From positions 1-63,061 of the forward strand of contig CBDCWP010000001.1 in NCBI GenBank assembly GCA_965223505.1: a stretch of DNA of 63,061 nucleotides, written 5' to 3'. This DNA comes from Planctomycetota bacterium (lineage in GTDB: Bacteria; Planctomycetota; PLA2; JAEUHO01). The notes beneath the pieces were generated by a model. The model did no database searches and was not told where the DNA came from. It saw only the letters and a list, made by a program, of their open reading frames with translations. Shown piece after piece: positions 29,238 to 39,915 of this stretch (its first letter is position 1; every line of letters begins with the position of its first letter). Both the position numbers and the translations under genes were made by a program.

Positions 29238-31736
29238 TTGGCAAAACGCTTTTACCAGCTCGCATTCGACCTCGGAGTCCATCCGCGCGGATTCATGCGC
29301 GACCTCGCCAACGTCGGACTCTCGGTCGGCAACCAGATGGTGATCGTGCCGGACGAGCTCGAGGCTCGCATCCGCGAGGTCTACGATCAGATCCACGTGC
29401 CGGAGCCGGTCGCAACCGAAGAACCGCCGGCGCCCGCCACCCCCATCGACGCGCCCGTCGTCGAGACGGAGATCACCGACGTCGCACCGCAGGAAGCGGT
29501 TCCGGTCGAGGCGCCGGTCGAAGAAGCGGCGCCGCTGGAAGAGGTGCAGCCGGTCGCCGCCGACGCCGGTGACGCCGCCGTGGCGGGTGACGCGCCTGCC
29601 GAGGTGGAAGAAGAGACGGGACGCAAGCACGAGTCGGGGGCCACACCAAAGCCCAAGGACCTGGTGCCGACGCTCGACCCGCGTGCCGGACGATTGGTGC
29701 GAGAGGCGCCCAAGGGCGGGATTCCCGGCCTGCAGCCGCGGCCGCGTACGGCGCGCACGCCCGACCCGGCGACGATGAACCCGAACTTGCGTCAGCCGGA
29801 GCGCGCTCCCGGCGCGCGACGCGACAGCGGCCGCCGGACGACGCCGGATCGTTGGCGCCACAAGCGCGGCAAAGAGACGTTCCACATGCGTCGCCGCGGC
29901 TTCCGCTCGAAGTCGCGTCCCGCGCAGCCGAAGGTGCGGCCGGACAAGATCCAGGTCGAGCTGCCGATCACGGTGAAGCGGTTCTGCGAGCTCAGCACGT
30001 ACAAGGCAGCCGAGATCATCAAGGTCCTCTTCAGCAACCACAAGATCATGGTCCAGCCCAACTCGATGCTGGACAAGGACACCGTCGAGATCCTCTCGCT
30101 CGAGCTCGACATGGAAGTCGAGTTCGTCGAGAAGGCGACCGCGGAGGACGAGCTGCTGAAGGAGTTCGAGACGGAAGACGCCGTCGACGACCTTCGCCCC
30201 CGGCCGCCCGTCGTGACGGTGCTCGGTCACGTCGATCACGGAAAGACGACGCTGCTGGACAAGATTCGCGAGACCGACGTCGCGGGTCGCGAGGCCGGCG
30301 GCATCACCCAGCACATCGGGGCCTACCAGGTCACGCTGAAGAGCGGCCGCAAGCTGACCTTCATCGACACGCCGGGCCACGAAGCGTTCTCCGAGATGCG
30401 CGCGCGCGGGGCGCAGGTCACGGACATCGTGATCCTGATCGTGGCCGGCGACGACGGCGTCATGCCGCAGACCGTCGAAGCGATCAGCCACGCGAAGGCC
30501 GCGGGCGTGAACATCGTCGTGGCCATCACGAAGTGCGACAAGGACGGCTGCCAGCCGGAGCGCGTGAAGCAGCAGCTCACGGAGCACGAGGTCTACGTCG
30601 AAGGCTACGGCGGCGACGTCTCGGTCTTCGAGGTGTCGGGCATCACCGGGCAGGGACTGCCCGAGCTGCTCGAGCACATCGCGCTGATCGCGGAGGTCGA
30701 CGAGGAGCACTTCCGCGCGAACCCGAACCGTCTTGCGACGGGCACGGTGATCGAGTCGCAGAGCAACCCGAAGCGCGGCATCCTCACGACGGTCCTGGTG
30801 CAGAACGGCACGCTGCGCAAGGGCGACGCCGTTCTCGCGGGCGAGGCGTGGGGCACGGTGCGCGGACTCTTCGACGACAAGGGCAAGCCCGTGAAGGAAG
30901 CAGGCCCGAGCACGCCCGTGGAGATCATCGGTCTGGACAGCCCGCCCGAGACGGGCAGCAAGTTCTACGAGGCCGAGAACGCGACCAAGGCGAAGCGCAT
31001 CGCGGAGACGCGCGCCGTCGCCGCCCGCGAGGCGGAGCTGGCAGCGCAGACCAAGCCGACGACGGTGGAGTCGCTCCTCGGCGCCATCGACAGCACGAAG
31101 GTCGAAGAGGTCAACGTGGTCCTGAAGGCGGACGTACGCGGCTCGCTGGCGCCGCTGCGCACGGTGCTGGACCGGCTCGCGACGGACGAGGTGCGCGTGA
31201 AGGTGCTGCACGCGGCCGTCGGACCGATCAACGAGAGCGACGTCACATTGGCGGCCGCATCGAAGGCGTTGATCATCGGCTTCCACGTGAACGCCGACGC
31301 CAAGGCGCGTAACCACGCCAAGGAGCTGGGCGTCGACTGGCGCAACTACAAGGTCATCTACGAGATCGAATCCGACATCCGCGACATGATGGAGGGCCGT
31401 TTGGCCCCCGAGTACTACGAGGAGGTGCTCGGTCACGTCGAGATCCTGGCGATCTTCACCTTCTCGAAGATCGGCAACATCGCGGGCTGTCGCGTCAAGG
31501 ACGGCGTCATCAAGCGCGACGCGCTGGTCCGGGTCCATCGGGGTGAGGAGCTGATCCACGAAGGCCAGCTGTCCTCGTTGCGCCGCGAGAAGGACGAGGC
31601 CAAGGAAGTCAAAGAGGGCTTCGAGTGTGGTCTCACGATCAAGGGCTGGGACGAGTTCGAGATCGGCGACATGGTCGAGGCGTACGTCATCAAGACCAAG
31701 CGCCGCAAGCTCGGCGATTCGCGCAAGGACAAGTAG
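29238..31736 (+). CDS. infB: translation initiation factor IF-2
   Basis: [40 protein letters not shown] start inferred. Confidence 0.97.
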   Translation: MAKRFYQLAFDLGVHPRGFMRDLANVGLSVGNQMVIVPDELEARIREVYDQIHVPEPVATEEPPAPATPIDAPVVETEITDVAPQEAVPVEAPVEEAAPLEEVQPVAADAGDAAVAGDAPAEVEEETGRKHESGATPKPKDLVPTLDPRAGRLVREAPKGGIPGLQPRPRTARTPDPATMNPNLRQPERAPGARRDSGRRTTPDRWRHKRGKETFHMRRRGFRSKSRPAQPKVRPDKIQVELPITVKRFCELSTYKAAEIIKVLFSNHKIMVQPNSMLDKDTVEILSLELDMEVEFVEKATAEDELLKEFETEDAVDDLRPRPPVVTVLGHVDHGKTTLLDKIRETDVAGREAGGITQHIGAYQVTLKSGRKLTFIDTPGHEAFSEMRARGAQVTDIVILIVAGDDGVMPQTVEAISHAKAAGVNIVVAITKCDKDGCQPERVKQQLTEHEVYVEGYGGDVSVFEVSGITGQGLPELLEHIALIAEVDEEHFRANPNRLATGTVIESQSNPKRGILTTVLVQNGTLRKGDAVLAGEAWGTVRGLFDDKGKPVKEAGPSTPVEIIGLDSPPETGSKFYEAENATKAKRIAETRAVAAREAELAAQTKPTTVESLLGAIDSTKVEEVNVVLKADVRGSLAPLRTVLDRLATDEVRVKVLHAAVGPINESDVTLAAASKALIIGFHVNADAKARNHAKELGVDWRNYKVIYEIESDIRDMMEGRLAPEYYEEVLGHVEILAIFTFSKIGNIAGCRVKDGVIKRDALVRVHRGEELIHEGQLSSLRREKDEAKEVKEGFECGLTIKGWDEFEIGDMVEAYVIKTKRRKLGDSRKDK

Positions 31737-31742
31737 CGGGCC

Positions 31743-32150
31743 GTGGCAGCACCCCGCCGGATCCTGCGTCTCCAGCAGCTCATCTTGGAGACGGTCGCGA
31801 CGTTCGTTCAGCGGGAGCTCAAGGACCCGCGCATCGGCATGGTCTCGATCACGCGGGTCGAGCTGTCGCCGGATCTATCGCGCGCGCGCATCGGGTGGTC
31901 GTGTCTGGGCGACGAGAAGCAGCAGCGCACGTGCGAGCGTGGGCTGACGGACGCGACGGGCGCGGTGCAGCGGGCGATCGCGAAGGCGATGGCGACGCGG
32001 GTGACGCCGAAGATCCACTTCAAGCACGACGAGAGCATGGAGCGGGCGCAGAAGCTGGAGGAGATCTTCCATCAGCTGCATGAAGAGCGTGTGGAGCTCG
32101 GGCGGGAGCCGGAAGAGCCGTCCGAAGAGGGCGAACCGACCGACGGGTAG
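31743..32150 (+). CDS. rbfA: ribosome-binding factor A
   Basis: ELKDPRIG.VSITRVELSPDL, RVTPKIHFKHD; follows infB. Confidence 0.93.
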   Translation: MAAPRRILRLQQLILETVATFVQRELKDPRIGMVSITRVELSPDLSRARIGWSCLGDEKQQRTCERGLTDATGAVQRAIAKAMATRVTPKIHFKHDESMERAQKLEEIFHQLHEERVELGREPEEPSEEGEPTDG

Positions 32151-32227
32151 GCGTGTCGGGCGCCAACGGCGAGGGGGCGTGCGGTGGGCCGAGCGTTTCG
32201 AAGGCGCCGGGTCCTCCCATCCATCTG

Positions 32228-32255
32228 TTGACGCGGGGAACCGGATGCGGATACT
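32228..32255 (+). promoter_or_regulatory. promoter of tRNA-His
   Basis: TTGACG-N16-GATACT ending 15 nt before the tRNA. Confidence 0.55.
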
Positions 32256-32270
32256 CGCGACTCGCCGCGA

Positions 32271-32348
32271 GGTGGCTGTAGCTCAGTCGGTTAGAGCGCC
32301 GGATTGTGGTTCCGGAGGTCGCGGGTTCGAATCCCGTCAGCCACCCCA
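32271..32348 (+). tRNA. tRNA-His(GUG) with encoded G-1 and CCA
   Basis: Acceptor GTGGCTG/CAGCCAC, D arm GCTC/GAGC, anticodon stem CCGGA/TCCGG with loop TT-GTG-GT, T arm GGTTCGAATCC, discriminator C, CCA. Confidence 0.97.
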
Positions 32349-32381
32349 GATTTGCGATTCGAACCCGCGACCGGGTTGGGC

Positions 32382-32440
32382 GTAGGGGCAGCCCTTGTGG
32401 CTGCCCAATTGGGCGACCACCAGGGTCGCCCCCCCCCCCC
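32382..32440. repeat. GTAG-family REPIN, same family as 17147-17200
   Basis: GTAGGGGCAGCCCTTGTGGCTGCCCAATTGGGCGACCACCAGGGTCG followed by a C12 run. Confidence 0.8.
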
Positions 32441-32570
32441 GCGTAGAAGAGCGCGACGGCAATTCCGAAGCCCATGCCGATGTAGCCGATCCAGTCCGAG
32501 AGTCGTCGCGTCACGCGCCCCCAACATGGGCCGGCTCGGTCTCGCGCCGCCAGCCCACGACATTTTTCCT

Positions 32571-32605
32571 GATTTTGAGACTGATTCTCAGAATCTGTGT
32601 ATACT
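32571..32605 (+). promoter_or_regulatory. Fur-family-like operator overlapping the bfd promoter
   Basis: Near-perfect 25-bp palindrome GATTTTGAGACTGATTCTCAGAATC (7-1-7 core TGAGACT-G-ATTCTCA), then TATACT at 32600-32605. Confidence 0.75.
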
Positions 32606-32650
32606 TCCGGTCGTGGACGGCGCATCCCGCCGGGCCGCGAGGTTCCCGCC

Positions 32651-32848
32651 ATGATCGTTTGCCAGTGCAAAGGCACCACCGACCGGCAGATTCGCAAGGC
32701 CATGATGCGCGGCGCCCGCAGCTGCGAACAGGTCGGCCGCGAATGCGAAGCCGGCACGGCCTGCGGCGGTTGCATCCCCACCATCGAGTGCCTCGTCCGG
32801 CCCGACCACGCACGCGTCAAGACCTCTCGCCGCACCAGCGCCGCATAG
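32651..32848 (+). CDS. bfd: bacterioferritin-associated [2Fe-2S] ferredoxin
   Basis: MIVCQC...GTACGGC; directly upstream of bfr. Confidence 0.92.
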   Translation: MIVCQCKGTTDRQIRKAMMRGARSCEQVGRECEAGTACGGCIPTIECLVRPDHARVKTSRRTSAA

Positions 32849-32973
32849 CTCATCGCTGATTCTGACTCGCACTCTCAGCAACGCGGGACGATCGCGCCCC
32901 CCTTGCGAGTTCCTTTTCTCGCGGCCATTGGGAATGGGTACCCTTTGCCCCCCACAACCGGAAAGGGACCACC

Positions 32974-33444
32974 ATGCAAGGCGATCCTGATGTGATCGAG
33001 GCACTCAACGGCGTGCTCACCGCCGAGCTGACCGCCATCAACCAGTACTTCATCCACTACAAGATGTGCGAGAACTGGGGGTACGCGCGGCTCGCCAAGC
33101 ACCACTACGACGAGTCCATCGAGGAGATGAAGCACGCCGACAAGCTGATCGAGCGGATCCTCTTCCTCGAAGGCGTCCCGAACATGCAGCGGCTCAACCC
33201 CGTTCGCGTCGGCGAGACCGTTCCCGAACAGCATCAGCTCGACCTCGAGCTCGAGCTCGAGGCCGTCGCGCGCCTCAACGAGGGCATCAAGCTCGCACGC
33301 GAAAAGGGCGACAACGGCTCGCGTGAGCTGATGGAGCGCATCCTGGTCGACGAAGAGCAAGCCGTCGACTGGGCCGAGGCGCAACTCGGCCTCATCAAGG
33401 ACATCGGCGCCCCGGCCTATCTCGCAGAGCAGCTGAACGCCTAG
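32974..33444 (+). CDS. bfr: bacterioferritin
   Basis: [21 protein letters not shown] (heme Met), [16 protein letters not shown]. Confidence 0.96.
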   Translation: MQGDPDVIEALNGVLTAELTAINQYFIHYKMCENWGYARLAKHHYDESIEEMKHADKLIERILFLEGVPNMQRLNPVRVGETVPEQHQLDLELELEAVARLNEGIKLAREKGDNGSRELMERILVDEEQAVDWAEAQLGLIKDIGAPAYLAEQLNA

Positions 33445-33639
33445 CCCTCTGTTTGGAAGCTGCCGGCCTGGAGAAGGGGCCCCGGGGCATCTACAAGGGC
33501 CCGTACTTCGGGTATGGATCGTACGAGGAGGTTGGACGCCTCCCGAACCCCTGCATGCGGGACACCCCGGGGTGCCCGAGAGTCCGACGCGCGAAGCTCT
33601 CCTCGAATTGCGCGAATCTCGGGAGCGCGGGGTCGAACC

Positions 33640-34425
33640 CTAATCGCTGCGGCGGAGCTTGAACCGGAGCTTCAACTTCGGATCCGGCTCGGTGTCCACG
33701 ATCAGGCCCAGCTCGAGCGCGTCCGGCGTGTCATCGAGGAACCCGATCGCCTGCAGCCGCGCGCCGGTGCTCCAAAGCACCTCGCCGTCCAGCAGCACAT
33801 CGGCCGTCAGACGGCGGTGCCGCAGACGGTTCGCCACCTCGGCGGCGTCGCCATGCGCGACCTTGGCGCAGAGGGTGCCTTCGCCGATCCCGAGCACCTT
33901 GCCGTCGCACAGCGCATCCTGCGTGTCCACCTCGCGAATCCGCGTCAACAGGCGCTTGGGGCCGGCGCGCAACGGAACCATGTCGGACGGCAGCGCGTGC
34001 GCCTCGGCCTTCACCTCGTCGACCGACAGCCCGAACTTGCGCAGCTGGCTCCGCACGAGCGGCCGCGAGAAGCGGCAGCCGAGGAAGAGGTAGCCGGGTT
34101 CGTCGAGACGTATGTCGAGACGTACGAGCTCGACCTGCGCCCGAACGCCGCTCTGTCGGAGGCGAATCGCGAAGGGATTGCGGAAGTGCGTCTGCACCAG
34201 CACGAAGGGGTCGACCTCGCCGGCCTCCGCGGACTCCGGCTTGAGCGCCGACTCGGGAACGCGCATCAGCAGTCCCGTCGCGGAGAGATCGACGGTGTGC
34301 GCCTCCAACGTCCCGTACACACCTTTGATATCGACGTCGATGGCGAGGGCGTGACGCTGGGACTGCCGCTTCCCCCAGAGGAAGGCGCGCAGCGGATCGG
34401 TGCGGGGGGGCTCGGTGTACGACAT
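33640..34425 (-). CDS. PilZ-domain protein
   Basis: RQSQR (RxxxR) and DLSATG (DxSxxG), followed by a second, degenerate PilZ-like half. Confidence 0.8.
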   Translation of the reverse strand: MSYTEPPRTDPLRAFLWGKRQSQRHALAIDVDIKGVYGTLEAHTVDLSATGLLMRVPESALKPESAEAGEVDPFVLVQTHFRNPFAIRLRQSGVRAQVELVRLDIRLDEPGYLFLGCRFSRPLVRSQLRKFGLSVDEVKAEAHALPSDMVPLRAGPKRLLTRIREVDTQDALCDGKVLGIGEGTLCAKVAHGDAAEVANRLRHRRLTADVLLDGEVLWSTGARLQAIGFLDDTPDALELGLIVDTEPDPKLKLRFKLRRSD

Positions 34426-34516
34426 CCACCGGTTCCATCGACCAGCAGACTCGGCCTTACTAAGGCCATTCCGGGCCCGAATTGGTGTTCTGTTCGGTGT
34501 CCTTGGAGCCGGCGGC

Positions 34517-35785
34517 CTACCGGCGGCCCCCGCGCCCGCCGCCCTTGGGCCCCCCGAACCCACCGATGCCCGGCTGGCTGCGACGGCGACCGAGATAGCG
34601 CTTCTCGAATTCGGTCAGGCGCGCGCCCGTACGCGAACGCACCTCGAGGTTGCCGTAGGAGTACGGGTCGTAGTCGTCGTCCTTGGCCTCCGGCGGCAGC
34701 TTGAGCGCCTTGGAATACAGCCGACTCTCGAACGGGTCGTGCGGGAAGATCGCCAGGTGAATGAGCCGGCCGTCACTACCGATCCCGAGACCGCGGGAAC
34801 CGTCGTTCGCACGCACCAGCAGCAGGTCGCCGGCGGCACCCTTCGGCACGTCGCCCTCCTTGAACTTCGCCGTCATCAGCTTGCTGATCAGCTTGTTGGC
34901 CTTCTCGGTGACGATCTCGAGCGTCTCCTCCGGGTTGTCCTTGCCCGGAATCGGGATGCCGTACTTCTTCGCCTTCAACGCGATCGCCGCCGCGGCGTAC
35001 GTCAGCGACTTCAGGTTGGGATCGAAGTAGGCCTTGAAGAAGCGGTTGCTGCCGAACAGCTCCAGCGAGTGAATGCGACCACGCACCGCGGAGACGAAGC
35101 CCACCACGCGGCCCTCGTTGGCGTTCGGGAACTCGGCCATGGCCGCGTGGCACGGCGCGCAGTACTTGGAGAGCATCTCCGACTCGTTGATCGCCTCGAG
35201 CGACTTGCGCTTGTCCTTGTCGTTGCGGAAGCCCAAGTAGTGCGTCACGAAGATCGGCACCAGGTTGGACGAGGGATTGAAGATCGCGCGCTCGCGCAGA
35301 TAGCTGGGCGCCGTCGTCCACGACCGGTTGAACGGCGTGGGTTCGTCGCGCCGGTCGCTCGTGGACGCGGCCGGAATCGTCCGGAACTCGACTTCGGTGT
35401 TCGCCGGCACCAGGAAGTCTTCGAGGACGAGGCGGTCGCGCTCCCCGCCGACGAGGACCGTCCCGCCCTGGATCAGGACCGGCTTGTCGTTGCCGTTGTC
35501 GACCGTGACGTTGTAGCGCTTCTTCGGAAAGTCCGGCTCGGCGAACTGAAGCCGGCCCGTCGCCGTGTTCGGCTTGACGTCCAACTCCGGGGGCTTCTCG
35601 GCAGCGATGAGCGGGAAGATCACCAACTCGCGCGTGAACTCGCCCTTGCCGAGGGTGACGCCCTGCAGCGCCTTCTGAATGAAGTTGGGCTCCTTGTCCT
35701 TCGCGACGACGGCGGTCGTCGGCATCAGCAGGGCGACGAGGACGGCGATCGGCGCCAGCCGGCCCACACGTACAGCAACGTTCAT
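34517..35785 (-). CDS. exported ARPP-1/DUF6569-like protein
   Basis: Signal peptide; LVIFPL, VLIQGGTVLVGGERDRLV..DFLVP, VVGFV...LELFGS (family recalled from motifs). Confidence 0.65.
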   Translation of the reverse strand: MNVAVRVGRLAPIAVLVALLMPTTAVVAKDKEPNFIQKALQGVTLGKGEFTRELVIFPLIAAEKPPELDVKPNTATGRLQFAEPDFPKKRYNVTVDNGNDKPVLIQGGTVLVGGERDRLVLEDFLVPANTEVEFRTIPAASTSDRRDEPTPFNRSWTTAPSYLRERAIFNPSSNLVPIFVTHYLGFRNDKDKRKSLEAINESEMLSKYCAPCHAAMAEFPNANEGRVVGFVSAVRGRIHSLELFGSNRFFKAYFDPNLKSLTYAAAAIALKAKKYGIPIPGKDNPEETLEIVTEKANKLISKLMTAKFKEGDVPKGAAGDLLLVRANDGSRGLGIGSDGRLIHLAIFPHDPFESRLYSKALKLPPEAKDDDYDPYSYGNLEVRSRTGARLTEFEKRYLGRRRSQPGIGGFGGPKGGGRGGRR

Positions 35786-35878
35786 CTCACGCTCCTTTTC
35801 CCGAATCAGCGGGGGCCGGATTGTAGGAGAACGCCGAGCGAAGGGAAAAGGCGCCGCTGAATCCGCGGGCGATTCGCG

Positions 35879-36130
35879 CTACTTCTTCGTCAGACGCACC
35901 TGCACGACCGCCTCGTCACCCGCTGCGACCGTGACCCGGCCCTCGAAGACCTCGTCGTCAGGCGCCTCGATCCGCACCGTGTAGACGCCGGGCCGCAGCG
36001 CCCACTGGCGCGTGTGGCGCGTCCGATACAGGCCCATGTCCTGATAGATGTGGCCGTCGGGACCGATGATCCGGACGGTCGTCTGCATGCTGCGCGTGAG
36101 ACGAGGCGTTGTACGAAGGCTCACGGGCAC
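35879..36130 (-). pseudogene. orphan C-terminal PEGA/carboxypeptidase-regulatory-like beta-sandwich fragment
   Basis: LRPGVYTVRIEAP...GRVTVAAGDEAVVQVRL in a different frame from, and overlapping, the end of the TPR ORF. Confidence 0.5.
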
Positions 36131-37880
36131 GTACGAGCTCGTCCGGAATCAGCGCTTTCAAGAGCGCGTTGCGGTCTTCCAGGAGCTCAAGCAGCGCGAA
36201 TGCGCGACTGCTCTCCAGCACCTCGTTGAACGCATGGACGTCGCCGACTTCCGCGGCGGCGCGCATGCCGAGGTGGAAGAGACGCATCCGCCGGGCGCGT
36301 GCGCTCGCCTGCTGCGCATGTCCGAGGCCCCGCGTGCTCTCCGCCAGATACTCGATCCCCTCCCGCGCGGCGTCGAGGGCGCCGGCGTGGTTGCCCCGGG
36401 CAATCAGCGTTTCAGCGATGTTCCCGTGGATCTTCACGAGCTGGGGTACGAGCTCGGCGTCCACGGCGAGCGTCCGGGCCTTCTTGAACTCGGCGAGCGC
36501 CTTGTCGAATTCCCCGTTCTTGAAGTGCAGCTCGCCGAGTCCCTCGCGTGCGTCGACCTCGGAGGCCGTGGTCAGGTGCTTCGAGCCGAGCACCTGCTTG
36601 AAGTGCAGCTCTGCGAGCGGGTCCTCGTCCAGGGCGACGAGGGTGTGCGCGAGGTTCCCCTTGGCGACGTTGACCCATCGCGAGAGCTCGTCGCGACTCT
36701 GAGCGACCAGCGTGTCGTCCTCGCTCAACGCACGGAGCGTCGCAAGCGCCCGCTCGTACGGTGCGCGCGCGGCTTCGAATCTGCCTTCGTCGAAGTAGAC
36801 CAGCCCCAGCGTCCCCTGGGCACGCGCGACGTCGACGGTCGCATCGAGCGCCTTCGCGCCCTTCACCGCGGCCTTCGCGGCGGCCTCGGCCCGCCCCCAC
36901 TCACCGAGGCGCAGCAGGATCGTCGCAAGGCCGATGTCGGCCTCCACGATGTCGGCCTCGATGCCGGCCGAGACGGCCAGGTCGCGCGATTCCTGGAACG
37001 CCGCCAACGCGGCCGCGTACGGACCGACCGCGGCGCGCGCCCACCCGAGGTTCTGTAGTTGCCGGATGATGGTCTTCGTGTACTTGCCGTCTTCGTTGCG
37101 CGCGCGATAGATCTCGAGCCCTTCCTCCCACAGCGAGATGGCCGGCCAGGAGTCACCGAGATCCACGTGAAGCGCTGCGACGTTGGCGCGTGCCATCGCG
37201 GCGGCGATGACGTCGCCGCGGCGATCGTAGGCGGCCGTACACCGGGTCCACGACTCGAGCGCTGACTCGTACTCGCCGCGCTTGTGATGGACGTGCCCGA
37301 GACGCCAGTACGCGCGCGCCTCTCCCCAGATCCAGCCCATGTCTCTGGCCTGCTGGGCGGCGAGCTTGAGGAGGTCGAACGCACCCTCCAGATCGCCCGT
37401 CGCGACGCGGGCGTGCGCGCAAGCCAACGCCGCGTCGAGTCGCAGGAACGGGGGCGCGTTGTCTCCGAACGCCTTCCAGTGCTCGAGCACGGCGCTCCAC
37501 TGCTTCTTCTCCTTGGCGCCGTCAATGGCGGTCCACTGCGCGACGACACCGGCGTCGAGCCTCGCAGCCTTCCACGCGTCGATCTTGGAGAGCACCACGG
37601 AGAGATCCGGCTGATCCGTGGTGCGCGCGAACTCCTGTGCGAGGTCGGCCCTACCGAGGGAGACGAGGTGGAAGCAGACCTTCCACGCGTCGTGGAGCCG
37701 GGCCTGGAACTGAAGCACGCCGCGGTCGCCGTGCTCGTCCATGATCTTGATGATGTTCTTGGCGGCGTGGCGCGTGACGGACGACGGCTCGTCGGCTTGC
37801 GTCGGCGCGGCGATGATCAGGAGCAACGCGCTTACCGCGGCGAGGCGCAGGCAATGCAACACACGTCGGAACATCGACAT
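35958..37880 (-). CDS. exported TPR-repeat protein, probably a truncated TPR-CHAT protein
   Basis: Signal peptide and many TPRs ending in VLESSRAFALLELL; the last ~50 aa look off-frame. Confidence 0.7.
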   Translation of the reverse strand: MSMFRRVLHCLRLAAVSALLLIIAAPTQADEPSSVTRHAAKNIIKIMDEHGDRGVLQFQARLHDAWKVCFHLVSLGRADLAQEFARTTDQPDLSVVLSKIDAWKAARLDAGVVAQWTAIDGAKEKKQWSAVLEHWKAFGDNAPPFLRLDAALACAHARVATGDLEGAFDLLKLAAQQARDMGWIWGEARAYWRLGHVHHKRGEYESALESWTRCTAAYDRRGDVIAAAMARANVAALHVDLGDSWPAISLWEEGLEIYRARNEDGKYTKTIIRQLQNLGWARAAVGPYAAALAAFQESRDLAVSAGIEADIVEADIGLATILLRLGEWGRAEAAAKAAVKGAKALDATVDVARAQGTLGLVYFDEGRFEAARAPYERALATLRALSEDDTLVAQSRDELSRWVNVAKGNLAHTLVALDEDPLAELHFKQVLGSKHLTTASEVDAREGLGELHFKNGEFDKALAEFKKARTLAVDAELVPQLVKIHGNIAETLIARGNHAGALDAAREGIEYLAESTRGLGHAQQASARARRMRLFHLGMRAAAEVGDVHAFNEVLESSRAFALLELLEDRNALLKALIPDELVRAREPSYNASSHAQHADDRPDHRSRRPHLSGHGPVSDAPHAPVGAAARRLHGADRGA

Positions 37881-37939
37881 GGCGGCAGGGTACCCGGCAG
37901 GCGACGCTCGACGCCACCGCCGGAACGCAACGCGGGCCG

Positions 37940-39163
37940 CTAGAAGTCGACCCGGACGATGTACCAGAGACCGTCGATCTTCTGCAGGTGGTACGTGCGT
38001 TGGGTCCCGCCGCCGAAGTTGGCGTGGGCTGCGAAGACGATCCTGTCGTCACCCTTCTTCTGCGCCTTGCCCGTCGCGAGGGTCATCGACAGCAGCCGCT
38101 CGGTGTCCACGCGCGGCCGGTGCTTCGAGTTCGCGATGAACTCCGCGATCCACGCCTCCTTGAACTCTTCGACGGGCCGGCTGGTGGGCCACGATTTCGC
38201 GACCTCCGTCTCGTACGCGTACATCGTGTCCCAATGGAACGCCTCGGCGAGCAGCTTCTTGCGCGCCATGTGGTACCCGTACCCGAACTTCAAGAACGCC
38301 TGCTTCCAGCTCTTCGCGGGCTTCTCTTCGTCGAGCGTGACGCGCTCGCCCGCCGCGCCCTTCGGAACGACGTGCGCCGACGTCGTCTTGGCCACGATCC
38401 CGATCAATGCCCGGCTCTCCGGGTCCAGGTGGATGTCGAACTCGGCCTTGCCGCGGCGCGTCGCGGCGATCCAGCTCTTCCGGGCCTTGCCGGCCGTGTC
38501 GAACGTGCCGTCGCCCCGAATCGACACGACCGTCGGATCCGCTTCGGGCACCGTGGCTTCTTCCGGCGGCTCGACGACCAGCTCGTCGAACGACACGGTC
38601 GGCAGCGCGAAGGTCGTCTTCTCGCCCGCCGGACACGCGCGCAGGAACAGCAGCTGCGCAACCCGCCCGTACGTCGCGTCCTTCCGGGCGGTCACCTCGA
38701 AGGTCTGCGTCTCGCCGTTGCCGACCTCCGACTTCTCGGTGCGAATCACGCGGAACCCGTCGGCGGAGCGGGCGAACACCAGCGACGCGCCGCGGCCCTC
38801 CCGCGTTCGCTCGAGGTTGCCGCCCATCAGCGAGAGGTCCTTCGCCAGATGGAACTTGCGCTTCACACGCGTCTCGACGCCGCCGTAGTCGATGAAGACG
38901 TCCTCGGTGACCTGCCACACCGGCTTGCGCGCGAACATCGTCGCTTGGGCGGTGTACTTCACCTCCCCTGCCCAGATCTTGTCGATCACGACGTCGCCCT
39001 CGAAGCGCAGCGCCTTGTTGGGCAGCGGCATCGGCAACTTCCGGCGCACGGACGCCGCCGCCTCGAACGCCGGAGCGAGATCGGGCGCGCCTTCGTCCTC
39101 CGCCGCCGCCAACGGCGGGACGCACCCCAGGCAGACGAGAAGGCAGAGCAGGCGCAACGACAT
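37940..39163 (-). CDS. exported hypothetical protein
   Basis: GAAGGAG RBS, signal peptide MSLRLLCLL...AAA, beta-rich N-domain, NTF2-like ending (YHLQKIDGLWYIVRVDF). Confidence 0.7.
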   Translation of the reverse strand: MSLRLLCLLVCLGCVPPLAAAEDEGAPDLAPAFEAAASVRRKLPMPLPNKALRFEGDVVIDKIWAGEVKYTAQATMFARKPVWQVTEDVFIDYGGVETRVKRKFHLAKDLSLMGGNLERTREGRGASLVFARSADGFRVIRTEKSEVGNGETQTFEVTARKDATYGRVAQLLFLRACPAGEKTTFALPTVSFDELVVEPPEEATVPEADPTVVSIRGDGTFDTAGKARKSWIAATRRGKAEFDIHLDPESRALIGIVAKTTSAHVVPKGAAGERVTLDEEKPAKSWKQAFLKFGYGYHMARKKLLAEAFHWDTMYAYETEVAKSWPTSRPVEEFKEAWIAEFIANSKHRPRVDTERLLSMTLATGKAQKKGDDRIVFAAHANFGGGTQRTYHLQKIDGLWYIVRVDF

Positions 39164-39215
39164 CGATGTCTCCTTCGGACGGGACGATTCTAGATGGGTT
39201 CGCCGCGCGCGCCCG

Positions 39216-39437
39216 CTACTCGGGCGCGATGCCCTCGTCGAGGCGGAATCCGATCTTGACGGTGACCTGGTGCTCCGCGACGTTGCCGTCCTCGATCTTG
39301 CCACGGTGCTCGACGACCTCGAACCAGCCGAGGTTGTGCACCGTCTTCGAGGCGCGGTCGATCGCGTTCTGAATCGCCGCGCTGACGGACTCGGGCGACG
39401 TCCCGACGATCTCGATCTTCTTGAAGGCTCTACTCAT
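39216..39437 (-). CDS. dodecin flavin-binding protein
   Basis: FKKIEIVGTSPES...AIDRASKTVHNLGWFEV.EHRG...HQVTVKIGFRL. Confidence 0.93.
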   Translation of the reverse strand: MSRAFKKIEIVGTSPESVSAAIQNAIDRASKTVHNLGWFEVVEHRGKIEDGNVAEHQVTVKIGFRLDEGIAPE

Positions 39438-39604
39438 GTCGACTCCTTGTTCGGGGGCGACAGATTGCGCCGCAATCCGCAGGAGGGCAACCCGGAATCG
39501 CGCGGATTCGCAGGTTGTCGAGTGTTGCTTTACCTACCCCGCATCCGGCGGTACACCAGAAGCCTCGCCGAACCGGAGGCGATCACCGAATCGGAGCGAG
39601 TGCG

Positions 39605-39814
39605 ATGAATCGGGTATGGATTCTCGTCGTGGCGGCCGCGCTTGGCGGACTCGTCATGCTCGGCGCCTGCGGGCACGGATACGGTCACGGCCACGGGTAC
39701 GACTACTACTACGACGACTACTACTATTACGAAGACTGCTACTGCGACTTCTTCGGCTGCGACTGCTACTACTACAAGCCCGGCGATGCGCCGGCGTCCG
39801 GTGAGGTGTGGTAG
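39605..39814 (+). CDS. small Tyr/His/Cys-rich lipoprotein
   Basis: GGAG RBS, signal peptide with LGAC lipobox, mature part CGHGYGHGHGYDYYYDDYYYYEDCYCDFFGCDCYYYKP...; almost all codons end in G/C. Confidence 0.7.
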   Translation: MNRVWILVVAAALGGLVMLGACGHGYGHGHGYDYYYDDYYYYEDCYCDFFGCDCYYYKPGDAPASGEVW

Positions 39815-39915
39815 ACGGCGTTTCTTTCGACTAGCGCGCGTCACGGACCCAAAGGCGCGCGGAAGCGCCCGGGAATCGCGCCGCCGTGCCGCGTCGCGGC
39901 CCCACACTGTCGGCC

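Noticed and set aside
32349..33640. Integrative element at tRNA-His
   Set aside because: No integrase and no duplicated tRNA 3' end; the GGTTCGACCCC near 33630 (minus strand) does not fold as a tRNA.
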